NCBI RefSeq assembly: GCF_001194135.2
Contig: NC_068989.1
Span: 26,055,607 to 26,119,606, forward strand
DNA from: Octopus bimaculoides
Taxonomy: Eukaryota
Length of the DNA stretch: 64,000 nucleotides
Direction: 5' to 3'
Within the stretch, counting starts at the first letter, position 1. Each line of letters starts with the position of its first letter. Shown here piece after piece: positions 52,323 to 64,000 of this stretch. The translations under genes were made by a program, and so were the position numbers. The notes beneath the pieces were generated by a model. The model did no database searches and was not told the DNA's origin. It saw only the letters and a program-made list of their open reading frames with translations.

Positions 52323-54524
52323 TTTTAAGCTTAAGTTACATTGCTTTATTTCCTTGTCAATACATAACTTTCCCGAGGAAAAATAATTTTATTTTATTGA
52401 TATCTTACAGGAGAAATTGCACTTGTATGACACAGGTAAAATTATGATATTCTACTGATATGTTACACACAACTAACATCTGTGCATGCGCAAAACACAT
52501 TTTTAATTGCTATGATTAACATAAGATGAGATATAGTAAATATATGCCCATGATAATTATGCATCTTGTACTAGATAGTCTATCTGATATTTGCTTTCAC
52601 ACATTTGAGTTTGTGTAACATTTTTCACTTTTTTTGCCATCTTGTCAATAATCATCTTTGTTTAATCCATAATAATATCATTTCATTTCGTTCTTTATTA
52701 ATCAGTTCTCGAATATGATGAATGTATAGCTAAAACACAATTAAAATTGCAATTTGCTTTTTAGATGTGTACTACTGTCATGTATTTTGTTCGGTGTAGA
52801 ATTTATCACCACAATTATATAGAATTATTTATTTCGAAGTGACCGGTCCCATTTAAAGTGAACTGAATTACGTATTCCTGACGCACCTATATTTCATAAC
52901 TAATGAAATACATTTGGTTTTATACAGTAATCTAAACCAACACCATAAATACTATACATACGTAACTCTTGTTTTAACCTACTCTCACATTTGTGCATAT
53001 ATTTTGACACGCAATCGTCCGGCGTAATGAAGCATTTTCTAAGATCTGTTACGATAACGCCCTGTCATAAACTATACACTAAATAGCTATTTCAGATTTA
53101 AGCTCAAGGATAACAATATCGAGTGGTGAGGTGAATAAAAACACCGACTGGTGTAAAGCACTAAAATATAACTGGTACATTTGGCATCAGCGGGAACTGA
53201 CCCCGGAAGTTGCACGGAACACGTTATAAAAACTACCAATTCTCAGGCCTAAACCCTAAATAGTGTATTTACAATTTTTGCATTCGCATAAGATTTATAA
53301 TAAGAAGACCGGATTGAATGTTTGAATATTAGATAGTTATACGCACGTGGATAATTAAAAATCAAAGAAATATGGGCTGAGTTTAAACCTTTTCCTTTTC
53401 GTATTAAGAAAATGACTTTATATCTTTCAAAATAAAATGGATATTAAAAGGCTGCAATATATAATGATGGAAAACGAAAAATAATCATGGTCTACTGCCG
53501 ATCTAGAGATATTTTCTCAAGTCGCATGTTTATTGTATTTAAGATATCTGCTAACGAAACAATGAAAGCGGATTTAATACTACTCAGTGATTCTTAGGGC
53601 AAATGATCTCTATTGTATCTTTTCATTAGCCTATAACCGGCGAGCGTAATTTCTTACAAACGGTGTTTAAGCGAATTTCCACCACGCGAGGTCACACACA
53701 CTAACACTCACACAAACGCGCACACACACACACACACACACACACAAACAATAATGTAGGATAATGGACAGTTGATTATGATAATTCCTAACATATTTTG
53801 GAGATTTCCTTGTAATATGAAGGAGATTAAACCAGTGAAACTTCGGATTTATTAATGCCTAATGACGACACGACATCCTCGAAATGACTATATATATATA
53901 TATNNNNNNNNNNNNNNNNNNNNNNNNNNNNNNNNNNNNNNNNNNNNNNNNNNNNNNNNNNNNNNNNNNNNNNNNNNNNNNNNNNNNNNNNNNNNNNNNN
54001 NNNNNNNNNNNNNNNNNNNNNNNNNNNNNNNNNNNNNNNNNNNNNNNNNNNNNNNNNNNNNNNNNNNNNNNNNNNNNNNNNNNNNNNNNNNNNNNNNNNN
54101 NNNNNNNNNNNNNNNNNNNNNNNNNNNNNNNNNNNNNNNNNNNNNNNNNNNNNNNNNNNNNNNNNNNNNNNNNNNNNNNNNNNNNNNNNNNNNNNNNNNN
54201 NNNNNNNNNNNNNNNNNNNNNNGCAGAACCATATACACGCGCACCTATGGCGGTGGGCAACTTTGTATGGGGTTCTGATGATTATGGTTCCATTACAAAT
54301 CAGGCTGAAGAGAAATAGACAGTCGGTAAGATTGTTAAATTTTGAAACCGGTCCCTGTTTAATAATGTTCCTTTTCGGTGATTTTAAATGCCTTGCCCGC
54401 TTACGTTTTGGTATCACGCTATATTTCATGTTGAGAACAATTTAGGTCTTATTAGACACAAGATGTGATCTTTTTCTAGCACATTGAATGTCCACGTTAG
54501 TGGTCAACATCATATAATATATCT

Positions 54525-54665
54525 CCTTGTCTCCGTATTCTTTCTGTTGAAGAGCGTAGCTCGAAACGTCAAAGACTTTCCGTATTCCCGAGCGTCATAC
54601 TAATATATACTTTTCTTATTTACACCACCTGTCCTCGTCTGTTGTTATTATTTGTATATTCTCCC
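54525..54665 (+). mobile_element. Penelope-type terminal repeat fragment
   Basis: Contains the hammerhead motif below, followed by cccgagcgtcatactaatat...tacaccacctgtcctcgtc. The family assignment is from recall. Confidence 0.55.
54539..54575 (+). ncRNA. Minimal type-I hammerhead ribozyme motif with a variant core
   Basis: tcttt-CTGTTGA-a-gagc gta gctc-GAAA-cg-TC-aaaga: a 5-bp stem I, a 4-bp stem II and a palindromic ACGT in place of stem III. Confidence 0.6.
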
Positions 54666-55149
54666 ATATATATATATATATATATATAAATACGTACTTT
54701 TGAGACTTGAAAGGGGCATTAAGCCGGTAATAATAAACACACGTACTGGTTCGGTCCGTTATTGTTATTGCTCAGTATTGTTCGTGTTGTTATTTCCTTT
54801 TTTCTTTTTGTCAAATAATCATTTCATCGCATTGTCGTAATCTCTTCAGTGACACGTCTCTCCACTTCTATTTCTTTTGAACATATGTTCCAGCGTTGGG
54901 GTTTCATCTGTCCCAGATGAGTACGTGAGTGTGTATATGTTTGTATATGTTTGTGTTTATACGTAAGTGTGTGCATCGGTATGTTTGTGTGAGTTTTTTA
55001 AAAAATACTGTCTTATGTAATTTGTATATGTATAAGATAGCAGTTTTGGTTTTCTCTGTTATCTTCGCAAACGCACACGTTGATCCATATGACTTTTATC
55101 TCAAAGACAGTTAAACCGTCGTCTTTGTTTCATAAATGTGGAATGAATT

Positions 55150-55530
55150 GATTCCTATCTGTGCTTGAGTATGAGCATGCGTATGCATGAGCGTTTGTAT
55201 GGGAGGGCTCGTGTGTACGAGCGTGAGTATCTGCGTTGCGTGTCCATGTGTGTGAGAGCATATGTTTGTATATCAGTGTTTTTATGTTTGTGGCCGTGTG
55301 TGTGTTCGTGCGTATCTTTGTGCGTTTTTATGTGTGTGAGATCCTGTGCGTTTGTGTGTATGTGTGTACTTCTATATGCATATTTCCGTGTGTATGCGTG
55401 TGTGTGAGTATCCGTGTGGGCATGAGGGCTTGTCTCTGTCTTTGCATGTGTGTGTGTATGTATGTGTTTATGTTCGTTCGACTGTGTGTATGTGTGAGTG
55501 CGTCCATGGGTCTTTTTAATGCCTTTTCCT
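55150..55530. repeat. Degenerate (GT)-rich low-complexity tract
   Basis: Directly visible. Confidence 0.85.
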
Positions 55531-55759
55531 ATTGAGAGTATTTTCCATTCAAAATCGGTCGTTGTTCGTTTGTGAAGACTGACTGTCGTATCTGTCATAA
55601 CGATGCGTCGTCCGGTTTTCTAGACAGGATTTCTCTGCTATCCGGTTCAGAACACCACCATGTTGTTCATTGGCATGCTCGTAGAGTCGTATATAAATAA
55701 ATGTAGTCGTATATATATATATAAATATAGACATATATATATACACACATAATAAACAT

Positions 55760-56160
55760 TATGGGACTTGAGGAGTTTATAATACATATGGCTTCTGGGG
55801 GAGTGTTTCCCAGTTAGCGACAGAAAGCTCTTAGCTGCGTTGGTGGAAACGTCTAGGCTGAAAGTGGGGAGATACCATTTAATTTTCCTTGTCCTAATTC
55901 TTTTGGGGTGAGGAGAGAGTTTTTGGGACTTGTCTACATACGTGAGCTTCTCAGTTAAACCGCTCCTAACTAAAGCATTGTTGTAATGGGGGCGGCCAAT
56001 TAGATAATCGTTTACTAACGCTTGTAACCAGCAGAGTGATGGTTTGAGCTCTTGTAGATGTATACTGTATACTCGTTAGGCTTCCTGTACAGGTAATATT
56101 TTGCCCTTACTCACGTCTAAGGTTACGTCCAAGAAATCGAACGTAGTTAGGTTGGTGGTA

Positions 56161-56165
<5 letters not shown>
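55760..56165 (-). mobile_element. Penelope-like fragment (RT C-terminus and linker)
   Basis: TTFDFLDVTLDV, PHYNNALVRSGLTEKLTY and RKIKWYLPTFSLDVSTNAAKSFLSLTGKH. Confidence 0.85.
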
Positions 56166-56199
<34 letters not shown>

Positions 56200-57124
56200 N
56201 NNNNNNNNNNNNNNNNNNNNNNNNNNNNNNNNNNNNNNNNNNNNNNNNNNNNNNNNNNNNNNNNNNNNNNNNNNNNNNNNNNNNNNNNNNNNNNNNNNNN
56301 NNNNNNNNNNNNNNNNNNNNNNNNNNNNNNNNNNNNNNNNNNNNNNNNNNNNNNNNNNNNNNNNNNNNNNNNNNNNNNNNNNNNNNNNNNNNNNNNNNNN
56401 NNNNNNNNNNNNNNNNNNNNNNNNNNNNNNNNNNNNNNNNNNNNNNNNNNNNNNNNNNNNNNNNNNNNNNNNNNNNNNNNNNNNNNNNNNNNNNNNNNNN
56501 NNNNNNNNNNNNNNNNNNNNNNNNNNNNNNNNNNNNNNNNNNNNNNNNNNNNNNNNNNNNNNNNNNNNNNNNNNNNNNNNNNNNNNNNNNNNNNNNNNNN
56601 NNNNNNNNNNNNNNNNNNNNNNNNNNNNNNNNNNNNNNNNNNNNNNNNNNNNNNNNNNNNNNNNNNNNNNNNNNNNNNNNNNNNNNNNNNNNNNNNNNNN
56701 NNNNNNNNNNNNNNNNNNNNNNNNNNNNNNNNNNNNNNNNNNNNNNNNNNNNNNNNNNNNNNNNNNNNNNNNNNNNNNNNNNNNNNNNNNNNNNNNNNNN
56801 NNNNNNNNNNNNNNNNNNNNNNNNNNNNNNNNNNNNNNNNNNNNNNNNNNNNNNNNNNNNNNNNNNNNNNNNNNNNNNNNNNNNNNNNNNNNNNNNNNNN
56901 NNNNNNNNNNNNNNNNNNNNNNNNNNNNNNNNNNNNNNNNNNNNNNNNNNNNNNNNNNNNNNNNNNNNNNNNNNNNNNNNNNNNNNNNNNNNNNNNNNNN
57001 NNNNNNNNNNNNNNNNNNNNNNNNNNNNNNNNNNNNNNNNNNNNNNNNNNNNNNNNNNTAAGCACATAAAATGTGCAACAAGGTGGAAAAAAGAGTACTC
57101 AAATACCAGAGATAGAATAATATG

Positions 57125-57253
57125 CTTTATTTAAAAGCAGCAGAAATATAGCAAAAGACTGTTACTCTCAGTTTCACGTTCCCGTTCGATGAACGGGAAC
57201 GTGAAACTCAGACTAACAGTCTTTTGTTATAGTTCTGCTGCTTTTAAATAAAG
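57125..57253. repeat. 129-bp fold-back palindrome (63-bp arms, 4 mismatches, 3-nt loop) in a Penelope-type terminal repeat
   Basis: ctttatttaaaagcagcag...cacgttcccgttc-gat-gaacgggaacgtg...ctgctgcttttaaataaag. Confidence 0.95.
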
Positions 57254-57289
57254 TGTATATATATATATACATATTTAAACTTTTTCCTT

Positions 57290-57350
57290 TTTCTTATTTT
57301 TTCTCTCGTTTCAGCCATGTGGCTGCGACCATGCTGGAGCATCACTGGTA
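57290..57350 (-). mobile_element. SINE family A tail fragment
   Basis: gtttcagccatgtggctgcgaccatgctggagca. Confidence 0.7.
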
Positions 57351-57354
57351 TTTC

Positions 57355-58055
57355 TGATTTCTTTAATCTGGGGCGTTTCGAATCCTTACTCTTGTGTGAA
57401 CATTTGACCCAGCTGTTGGCCTATTTGGAATGTAAGGGAGTTTTATTCCTCTTCCCTCGTCTGCTCTTTATTTCGAGCTGTTGGTTCATCCGGTATTGTG
57501 GAGAGGAAGATGTCTAGTTACATTTTGAAGACATCTACTCCCACCTTATGCAGATTTCTTCACTTTTGTTGCAGGTCATTGAAGAGCCGTGGGCCTTTGT
57601 ACACTAGATTGTTACTGTACCTGGACCTGAATTTAGGTGAGGAGTATGGTATATTTTGTACAAAACAATGGCGGCCAGTTCTGGCATATGTATAACACTC
57701 AATGACGAAATTGGGTACTAGTCCCTCTATAGTTTTCCGTATGTAGATTATTGCATATCTGTCATGCCTTCACTCGATGTAAATAAATTTGCAGTTTTCT
57801 AAGCCAATTCTGTAGCTCATCCGTCGCACTTTTTCAATCTTTTTAGTGTAATGACGTTGGACTGCGTCAATGTCCGCTGTTAGTTTGGCACTGTGGTGAC
57901 AATAGTTGGGAGCAGTAGTCCAGGCGGCTGAGAGCAAAGGTTCTCCACAGGTCAACATTGTTTCTTGGAGGACTTCAGTATCCATCCTGCCAGTTGTCTG
58001 CACTGTGCTGCCATCTTGGTAATATGACAGTGAGAACAAGGCAGTAAAACAAACG
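57355..58055 (-). mobile_element. CR1-clade LINE 3' fragment
   Basis: HITKMAALCRQLAGWILR; HSAKLTADIDAVQRHYTKKI; RYAIIYIRKTIEGLVPNF; KGPRLFNDL...VFKM*LDIFLSTIPDEP. Confidence 0.9.
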
Positions 58056-58599
58056 GTGGGGGCTGTTGAGCCAAGACGATAGAAAAATTATTATGAACGC
58101 TAGGTAGACGAGCCATGAGGAGACAGGAAAAGAACGTATTTTATTTAGCAAGGAAGTGGACAGAAAGAGAGATCCCCTTTCGTCAAGCGTCAGCCACGAG
58201 AGAGTCAAGGACGAAGAGTGAGGGAGAGAGGGAATGGTGAAAGTGAGAGAAGAATAGGGAAAGGGTGGGAGAGAAAAACAGAAAAGATGAAGAACAAGAG
58301 AGGGAGAGAGATAGAGAGAGAAGAGATAGTAGAAGAGTGCGCATCGTAATTATTCCGATAAAACTTATTTGGAAAAGGATGCCTGGCGTTCGATCATATA
58401 ATAATGTAAATAATATATACAGATATCCATATATATATGTACATACCTACATCTATATTTATACATACATGCATATATGGGTATAGGACATAAAAAAAAA
58501 ACGTTAAACACAAAGAGCGAGTAGTAACGACTAGGGAAGGGTAGCTGACTGCTTATTGTGATCATTTGTGTTTTGGTTTTCTGTAGCCTTGCTCTCTTT

Positions 58600-58999
58600 T
58601 ACAAACCTAGTGAACATACATATATTTCCTAATTCAAAGAGATTCGAATAATACATATAAGACCCAAGTTCAAAAGATGCTCAACAATTCAAATTCTCTG
58701 GTTGACATTAAGACATCTAGCCCCTTTTAGAACCCCATGATATCCATTTTTGAGGAGCAAAATCCTTTTAACAGGTTCCATAAGACTGGAATTTTGGATT
58801 TTGTTCATAACGATCAGTAGTATGAGATACAGGCGTCATGATTAAAATTTATTTAGGCTGTGTAAAGAGGGAAAGAACCCTCATCTGCAATTTTGGTAAA
58901 ATTCGATACATAGGTATTCCAGTTTACTAGAGAAAATATAACAGAAGAGTCTAATTCTTGTGTTGCATATAACACGGGCACCGCCGGGTATCTCTGCTA

Positions 59000-59001
<2 letters not shown>
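58600..59001 (-). mobile_element. Non-autonomous Helitron/Helentron-like repeat
   Basis: The start ctagcagagatacccggcggtgcccgtg resembles 8944. It contains an internal ggggttctaaaaggggc. The family assignment is from recall. Confidence 0.45.
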
Positions 59002-59036
<35 letters not shown>

Positions 59037-59047
59037 GGATATATATT

Positions 59048-59090
<43 letters not shown>

Positions 59091-59904
59091 NNNNNNNNNN
59101 NNNNNNNNNNNNNNNNNNNNNNNNNNNNNNNNNNNNNNNNNNNNNNNNNNNNNNNNNNNNNNNNNNNNNNNNNNNNNNNNNNNNNNNNNNNNNNNNNNNN
59201 NNNNNNNNNNNNNNNNNNNNNNNNNNNNNNNNNNNNNNNNNNNNNNNNNNNNNNNNNNNNNNNNNNNNNNNNNNNNNNNNNNNNNNNNNNNNNNNNNNNN
59301 NNNNNNNNNNNNNNNNNNNNNNNNNNNNNNNNNNNNNNNNNNNNNNNTATATATATATATATATATATATACATACATATGGAAAATGATAGACGGAAGA
59401 CAGAATGTACGAGAATTTATCATGACACGCGATAATTGTTTTGGCACATCCATCATCGATTCCTCATGGTTGTGAAACTCAACAAGTAGTTCAGAACCAT
59501 CCGGTTGTGCAGATGGATCTCGTCGGGTGATAAATAAATACAACTCGTTAAAATGGGTGTTCCGCAATATAACTATCCGTTTTGTAGAAAGGAAGACAGC
59601 CAGACGGAGAAAATATCGTCATTTATATGGCAAAAAGAGAAACAAACACGGAATCAAGCGAGAAAATCATTGAAAATAGCCGTTAACATATATGGATGCC
59701 CTTAGGCAATGGACATGGCGCGAGCACAATCGCTCATGCAAGCACCCGTAAAAATGTGACATACGCACATGTGAGATTTGGTGCACTCATGATTACAAAG
59801 CGAGTTAGCTGTCGAGTTGGTGTTTATAAGAATTGGGAGGTTAAAAGGAATTTGAAGTCATCCATACCTCAAGGTAAATCAGACTAAGTAAACAGTTACT
59901 CGCG

Positions 59905-60550
59905 TTGTGCGAAAGTACATTTATATGCGTGTAGGCACCTCGAGAGTCGTTCAGAAATTCTATTAATGATCTTTTCGTTAGTCCACAGAATAGACAGTGA
60001 ATCACCGGAAATTATATTGTATGATTTTGCGTACCTTACTATGGACGAATTAGTGCCCTACTTCGTTTTACCCTCCTTCACTCGCCATACAAAATCTGCC
60101 AAAGATATTAAATGTCTCTGATTGATTGTCTTAAATCTGGTAACATGGTTACGATAACGATTCTTAAATTAATCAGTCGTCAGCCCATTATAAACATACA
60201 GCTCTCCAATTGTATGCATGGTACATTTATATACAAGATTTGTACTCATACAGAGATTCATCAAAGGACATAAGCATTTATTGTATTTATTTGTATATAA
60301 GGCAGTCCTGACTCCATTTACCGGCGTTGTTACCGTGTTGGCTGTATCATACATATTCCTACAACTACAAATTGGTTGTAGTTAGTGATTAAACATTGCG
60401 GTTTACATCTCTTTGATTGATATTTAGATGCAAATGTTTGCTCGATTCTCTAGGTGAGTTATTGAACCTTTGCCTCATTTTGCTATTCTTTATGCAATGC
60501 ATAAGAGTTTAGAGCAGAGTTAGCGTAGGATACCTTCACGGTGTGTCGAT
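59905..60550 (-). mobile_element. Penelope GIY-YIG endonuclease domain, decayed
   Basis: NRHTVKVSY...CLCPLMNLCMSTNLVYKCT...YVYNGLTTD*FKNRYRNHVTRF...LADFVWRVK...INRISERLSRCLHAYK. Confidence 0.9.
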
Positions 60551-60790
60551 TAAAAATAGTATGATACCGATTAGATTTAAGAAAGCACTTGTCCAAATCA
60601 GCAAAATTAAATCAAAACAATTCCCTCCCAAAATCAAGGACTTAGAAAACTTCCAAACAGATCCACTGAAGCTTATATCAAATATCAAAATTCGTAAGTC
60701 CTTTAAAAGGTTTCAGCAGAAACTGAAAAGAGACATTAAGAATATTAAAAAAATTAACGTCACAAAGCTTATGCAAGCTTTACATTTTAC
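60551..60790 (+). mobile_element. Penelope ORF N-terminal fragment, opposite orientation
   Basis: IKSKQFPPKIKDLENFQTDPLKLISNIKIRKSFKRFQQKLKRDIKNIKK resembles the pre-RT region of Penelope ORFs. Confidence 0.75.
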
Positions 60791-60895
60791 TTTTGTTAAT
60801 CTTTTTCTAAAAAAGTAAAACCTGTCAAGTCAATAAACGTTTGCATTTTCAAATGTCAAGAGACATTTGCATTTTCAAATCTCCAGTCACACACC

Positions 60896-60971
<76 letters not shown>

Positions 60972-61392
60972 NNNNNNNNNNNNNNNNNNNNNNNNNNNNN
61001 NNNNNNNNNNNNNNNNNNNNNNNNNNNNNNNNNNNNNNNNNNNNNNNNNNNNNNNNNNNNNNNNNNNNNNNNNNNNNNNNNNNNNNNNNNNNNNNNNNNN
61101 NNNNNNNNNNNNNNNNNNNNNNNNNNNNNNNNNNNNNNNNNNNNNNNNNNNNNNNNNNNNNNNNNNNNNNNNNNNNNNNNNNNNNNNNNNNNNNNNNNNN
61201 NNNNNNNNNNNNNNNNNNNNNNNNNNNNNNNNNNNNNNNNNNNNNNNNNNNNNNNNNNNNNNNNNNNNNNNNNNNNNNNNNNNNNNNNNNNNNNNNNNNN
61301 NNNNNNNNNNNNNNNNNNNNNNNNNNNNNNNNNNNTATATATATACACACATATATATGTATTATGTAAGTATGTGTGTATGTATGCATATA

Positions 61393-61790
61393 GCGTGGTT
61401 GTGTGGTAACAAGTTTGCTTCCCAACCACATGATTCCGGGTTCAGTTCTACAGCGTAGCACCTTGGGTAAGCATCATCTGCTATAGCCTTAGGCTGACGA
61501 AAGCCTTTCGAGTGGAATTGGTAACCAGAGGCTGAAAGAAGCACGTCGTATATATACATATACATACATATGTTGGGGAGTATATTTGTGTGTATCTGTT
61601 TGTCCCCGTACTATCACTTGATAAGCGATTTTGTTATGTTTACGTCACTGTACATTAGCGGTTCGGGAAAAGAGACAGATAGAATAAATACTAGGCTTAT
61701 AAAGAATAAGTCCGGAGGTAGATTTGTTCGACTAAACTCGGTGCTCCAGCATGGCCGCATTCAAATGACAGAAAAATAAAAAATAAAAAA
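61393..61790 (+). mobile_element. Full-length SINE family A
   Basis: gcgtggttgtgtggtaac...gattccgggttcagttc...gcaccttgggtaagc...ttagcggttcggg...ggtgctccagcatggccgcattcaaatgacagaaaaataaaa. Confidence 0.92.
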
Positions 61791-61815
61791 GTATATATAC
61801 ATGCANNNNNNNNNN

Positions 61816-61859
<44 letters not shown>

Positions 61860-63223
61860 CACCCACACGTAAGATAACACACAAGGAAAATATTCCTTCA
61901 AAGTGGTGTGTAAAACATCCATCTCATTGGTACGTCGGTTGAATACCACATAAATATCGGTATAATGCGAATTAAATTAAATAGACAGATACTAATGACA
62001 TTCTATTAATTTATTTATATTATAATACAACATAATACACTATGAATATAATATAATATAAACATTTATTTAGAAGACCCCAAATATCTATCTACATACT
62101 AATTGCCTGATAAAGCTTATATATAAGAGAAGTGAATTTTTCATATATAAAAACATGTATTTAAGTCGAAACAAATCGTTGGCATTTATGGTTTCGTGAA
62201 TAATTGTTTATGTTATATTATAGTATATTCATAATATATCATGTTATATTATAATATATATATTATGAATAAATTATTGTACTGTCATTAATATCTCTCT
62301 ATTCTCTATTTAACTTGCTGTTTATATATATATATATATATTTAAAGGACTGAATCTGAATTCGTCCTCTAATTAGAGTAGTTTCTAAGTTTCCAAAAGT
62401 TCATACACCATAAATATGTTCAACAAATTCAATCACATTTTTCGTAAATGGAGGAGATTAGCTGTTAATATGGATTGAAATTATTTTCATTCATGTAGCT
62501 ACACGATCGTTTAGTAAAGAAAGACAATAAATTCATTTTAAGAATCTGTGTTGTCAAAAAAGTATTCGTCTGTAGCAAAAATTAAGAAGAGTGAAAAAAT
62601 GCTAACACGACGTTAGAATTACATAGGCATGGCATTCGTAATATGTAACTGTTCTGGGAGTCATGGCTGTTTAAAACAAGACTGAAGGGTCTCAGTTGGG
62701 TATTGGTATATATAAAATATTAATAATGGTTACATACTCTCTATAGATTAGTATAAAGGAGCTAATTTTAAACTCCTATATAAGAAGTAAAAAAAAATAG
62801 GTGTAGTTGTATTTAACGGGAAATACTAACCAAATAACAGAAGATGGAATTTTAAATACTGGGGGTTAAAATTTATATTTAACTGTCAATAATCAATAAT
62901 CAATAATATAGTTATTAGCTTGAAAATTTATACATGGAATAATACGACCAATGTATACTTTTGTTCGTAAATAATGTTTATATATACAGACTTGAATGTA
63001 TAATGGCCATGTAGGTGTACATACGTACAAACATAGATTATTACACGCAAAATACATTGATACATTATGATAATACATGAGACTATTATTATTTTTTAAT
63101 TGTTTAAGGTGTTATAAACATTTTTAATAAATAAATAAAAATAGTTGTAAAAAATAGTTATCAAACCTATATTTGCTAAAATACTACACAAACACACACA
63201 TACACACATACACACACACACAC

Positions 63224-63295
<72 letters not shown>

Positions 63296-64000
63296 CTTAT
63301 ATAATTTTATAAAATGATAAATATTTATATATAGAGAGGATATGAAGAGAAGATACTTATGTATAACTTTTATATACAAATAAACTACTTCTGTACATGT
63401 GTAAAATTATCCGGTTACACAATATTCAATTAGATATGTCGATATATAAATAATATCTACATTTAACAATTGGAAGTACAGTACATTACATTACAGTTTT
63501 TTATTGGCAAAAATGTACCTGGTTTTGTTCATACAAGTATATATGCCGAAATAATCAAATTTATTACCATATACACATATACATACAAATACGCAGGCAT
63601 ACAACATATACATACATATGTACACACAAGTATATACATAAGTATATACACAAGTATATACATAAGCGTAGTTCCATACACATTGATACACACAAAATAA
63701 ATTATATATGTATATACACATACGCACATATATACATACATACATATACTCATATATACATGCATATGCACACACATACACGTACACACACACACACACA
63801 CACACGTATATATACATATATATATACCAATACAAACTTACTCGGGCACACGCAGATTATAAAACTCTTAATACATATACATGTATGTTCGGATATAAAA
63901 ATACTCTTACAGATATCAATGAAAATATATAGACATAGCTTTACTAATATGCACGCATAAGTATATGGGTAATTTATATATATACATATATATATATATA

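Noticed and set aside
5605-61461. Long ORFs in the track full of X or YIYI/CVCV/THTH runs
   Set aside because: They are artefacts of N-gaps and dinucleotide microsatellites.

Overview
AT-rich, repeat-dense animal genomic DNA with about 16 N-gaps, most flanked by (TA)n/(CA)n tracts. The SINE families and microsatellite load resemble an octopus draft assembly (inference from recall, not a search). I found no intact, recognisable protein-coding gene, rRNA, tRNA or CRISPR array. The window is mostly decayed transposons: four mariner elements, a Helitron Rep/PIF1-helicase remnant, three R4/Dong-type and one HERO-type RLE LINE fragments, a CR1 3' end, many Penelope-like fragments (some with minimal hammerhead-ribozyme motifs), and two tRNA-derived SINE families including tandem multimers. 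The most unusual locus is 9.8-19.4 kb. A spliced two-exon fragment of an unidentified gene is fused to the end of the Helitron helicase. A diverged copy of its first exon is amplified as a 152-bp tandem array that flips orientation around a 103-bp piece of the neighbouring LINE RT. Several isolated DNA hairpins and a few weak exon candidates are also reported. Element boundaries were read by eye and are approximate unless stated otherwise.
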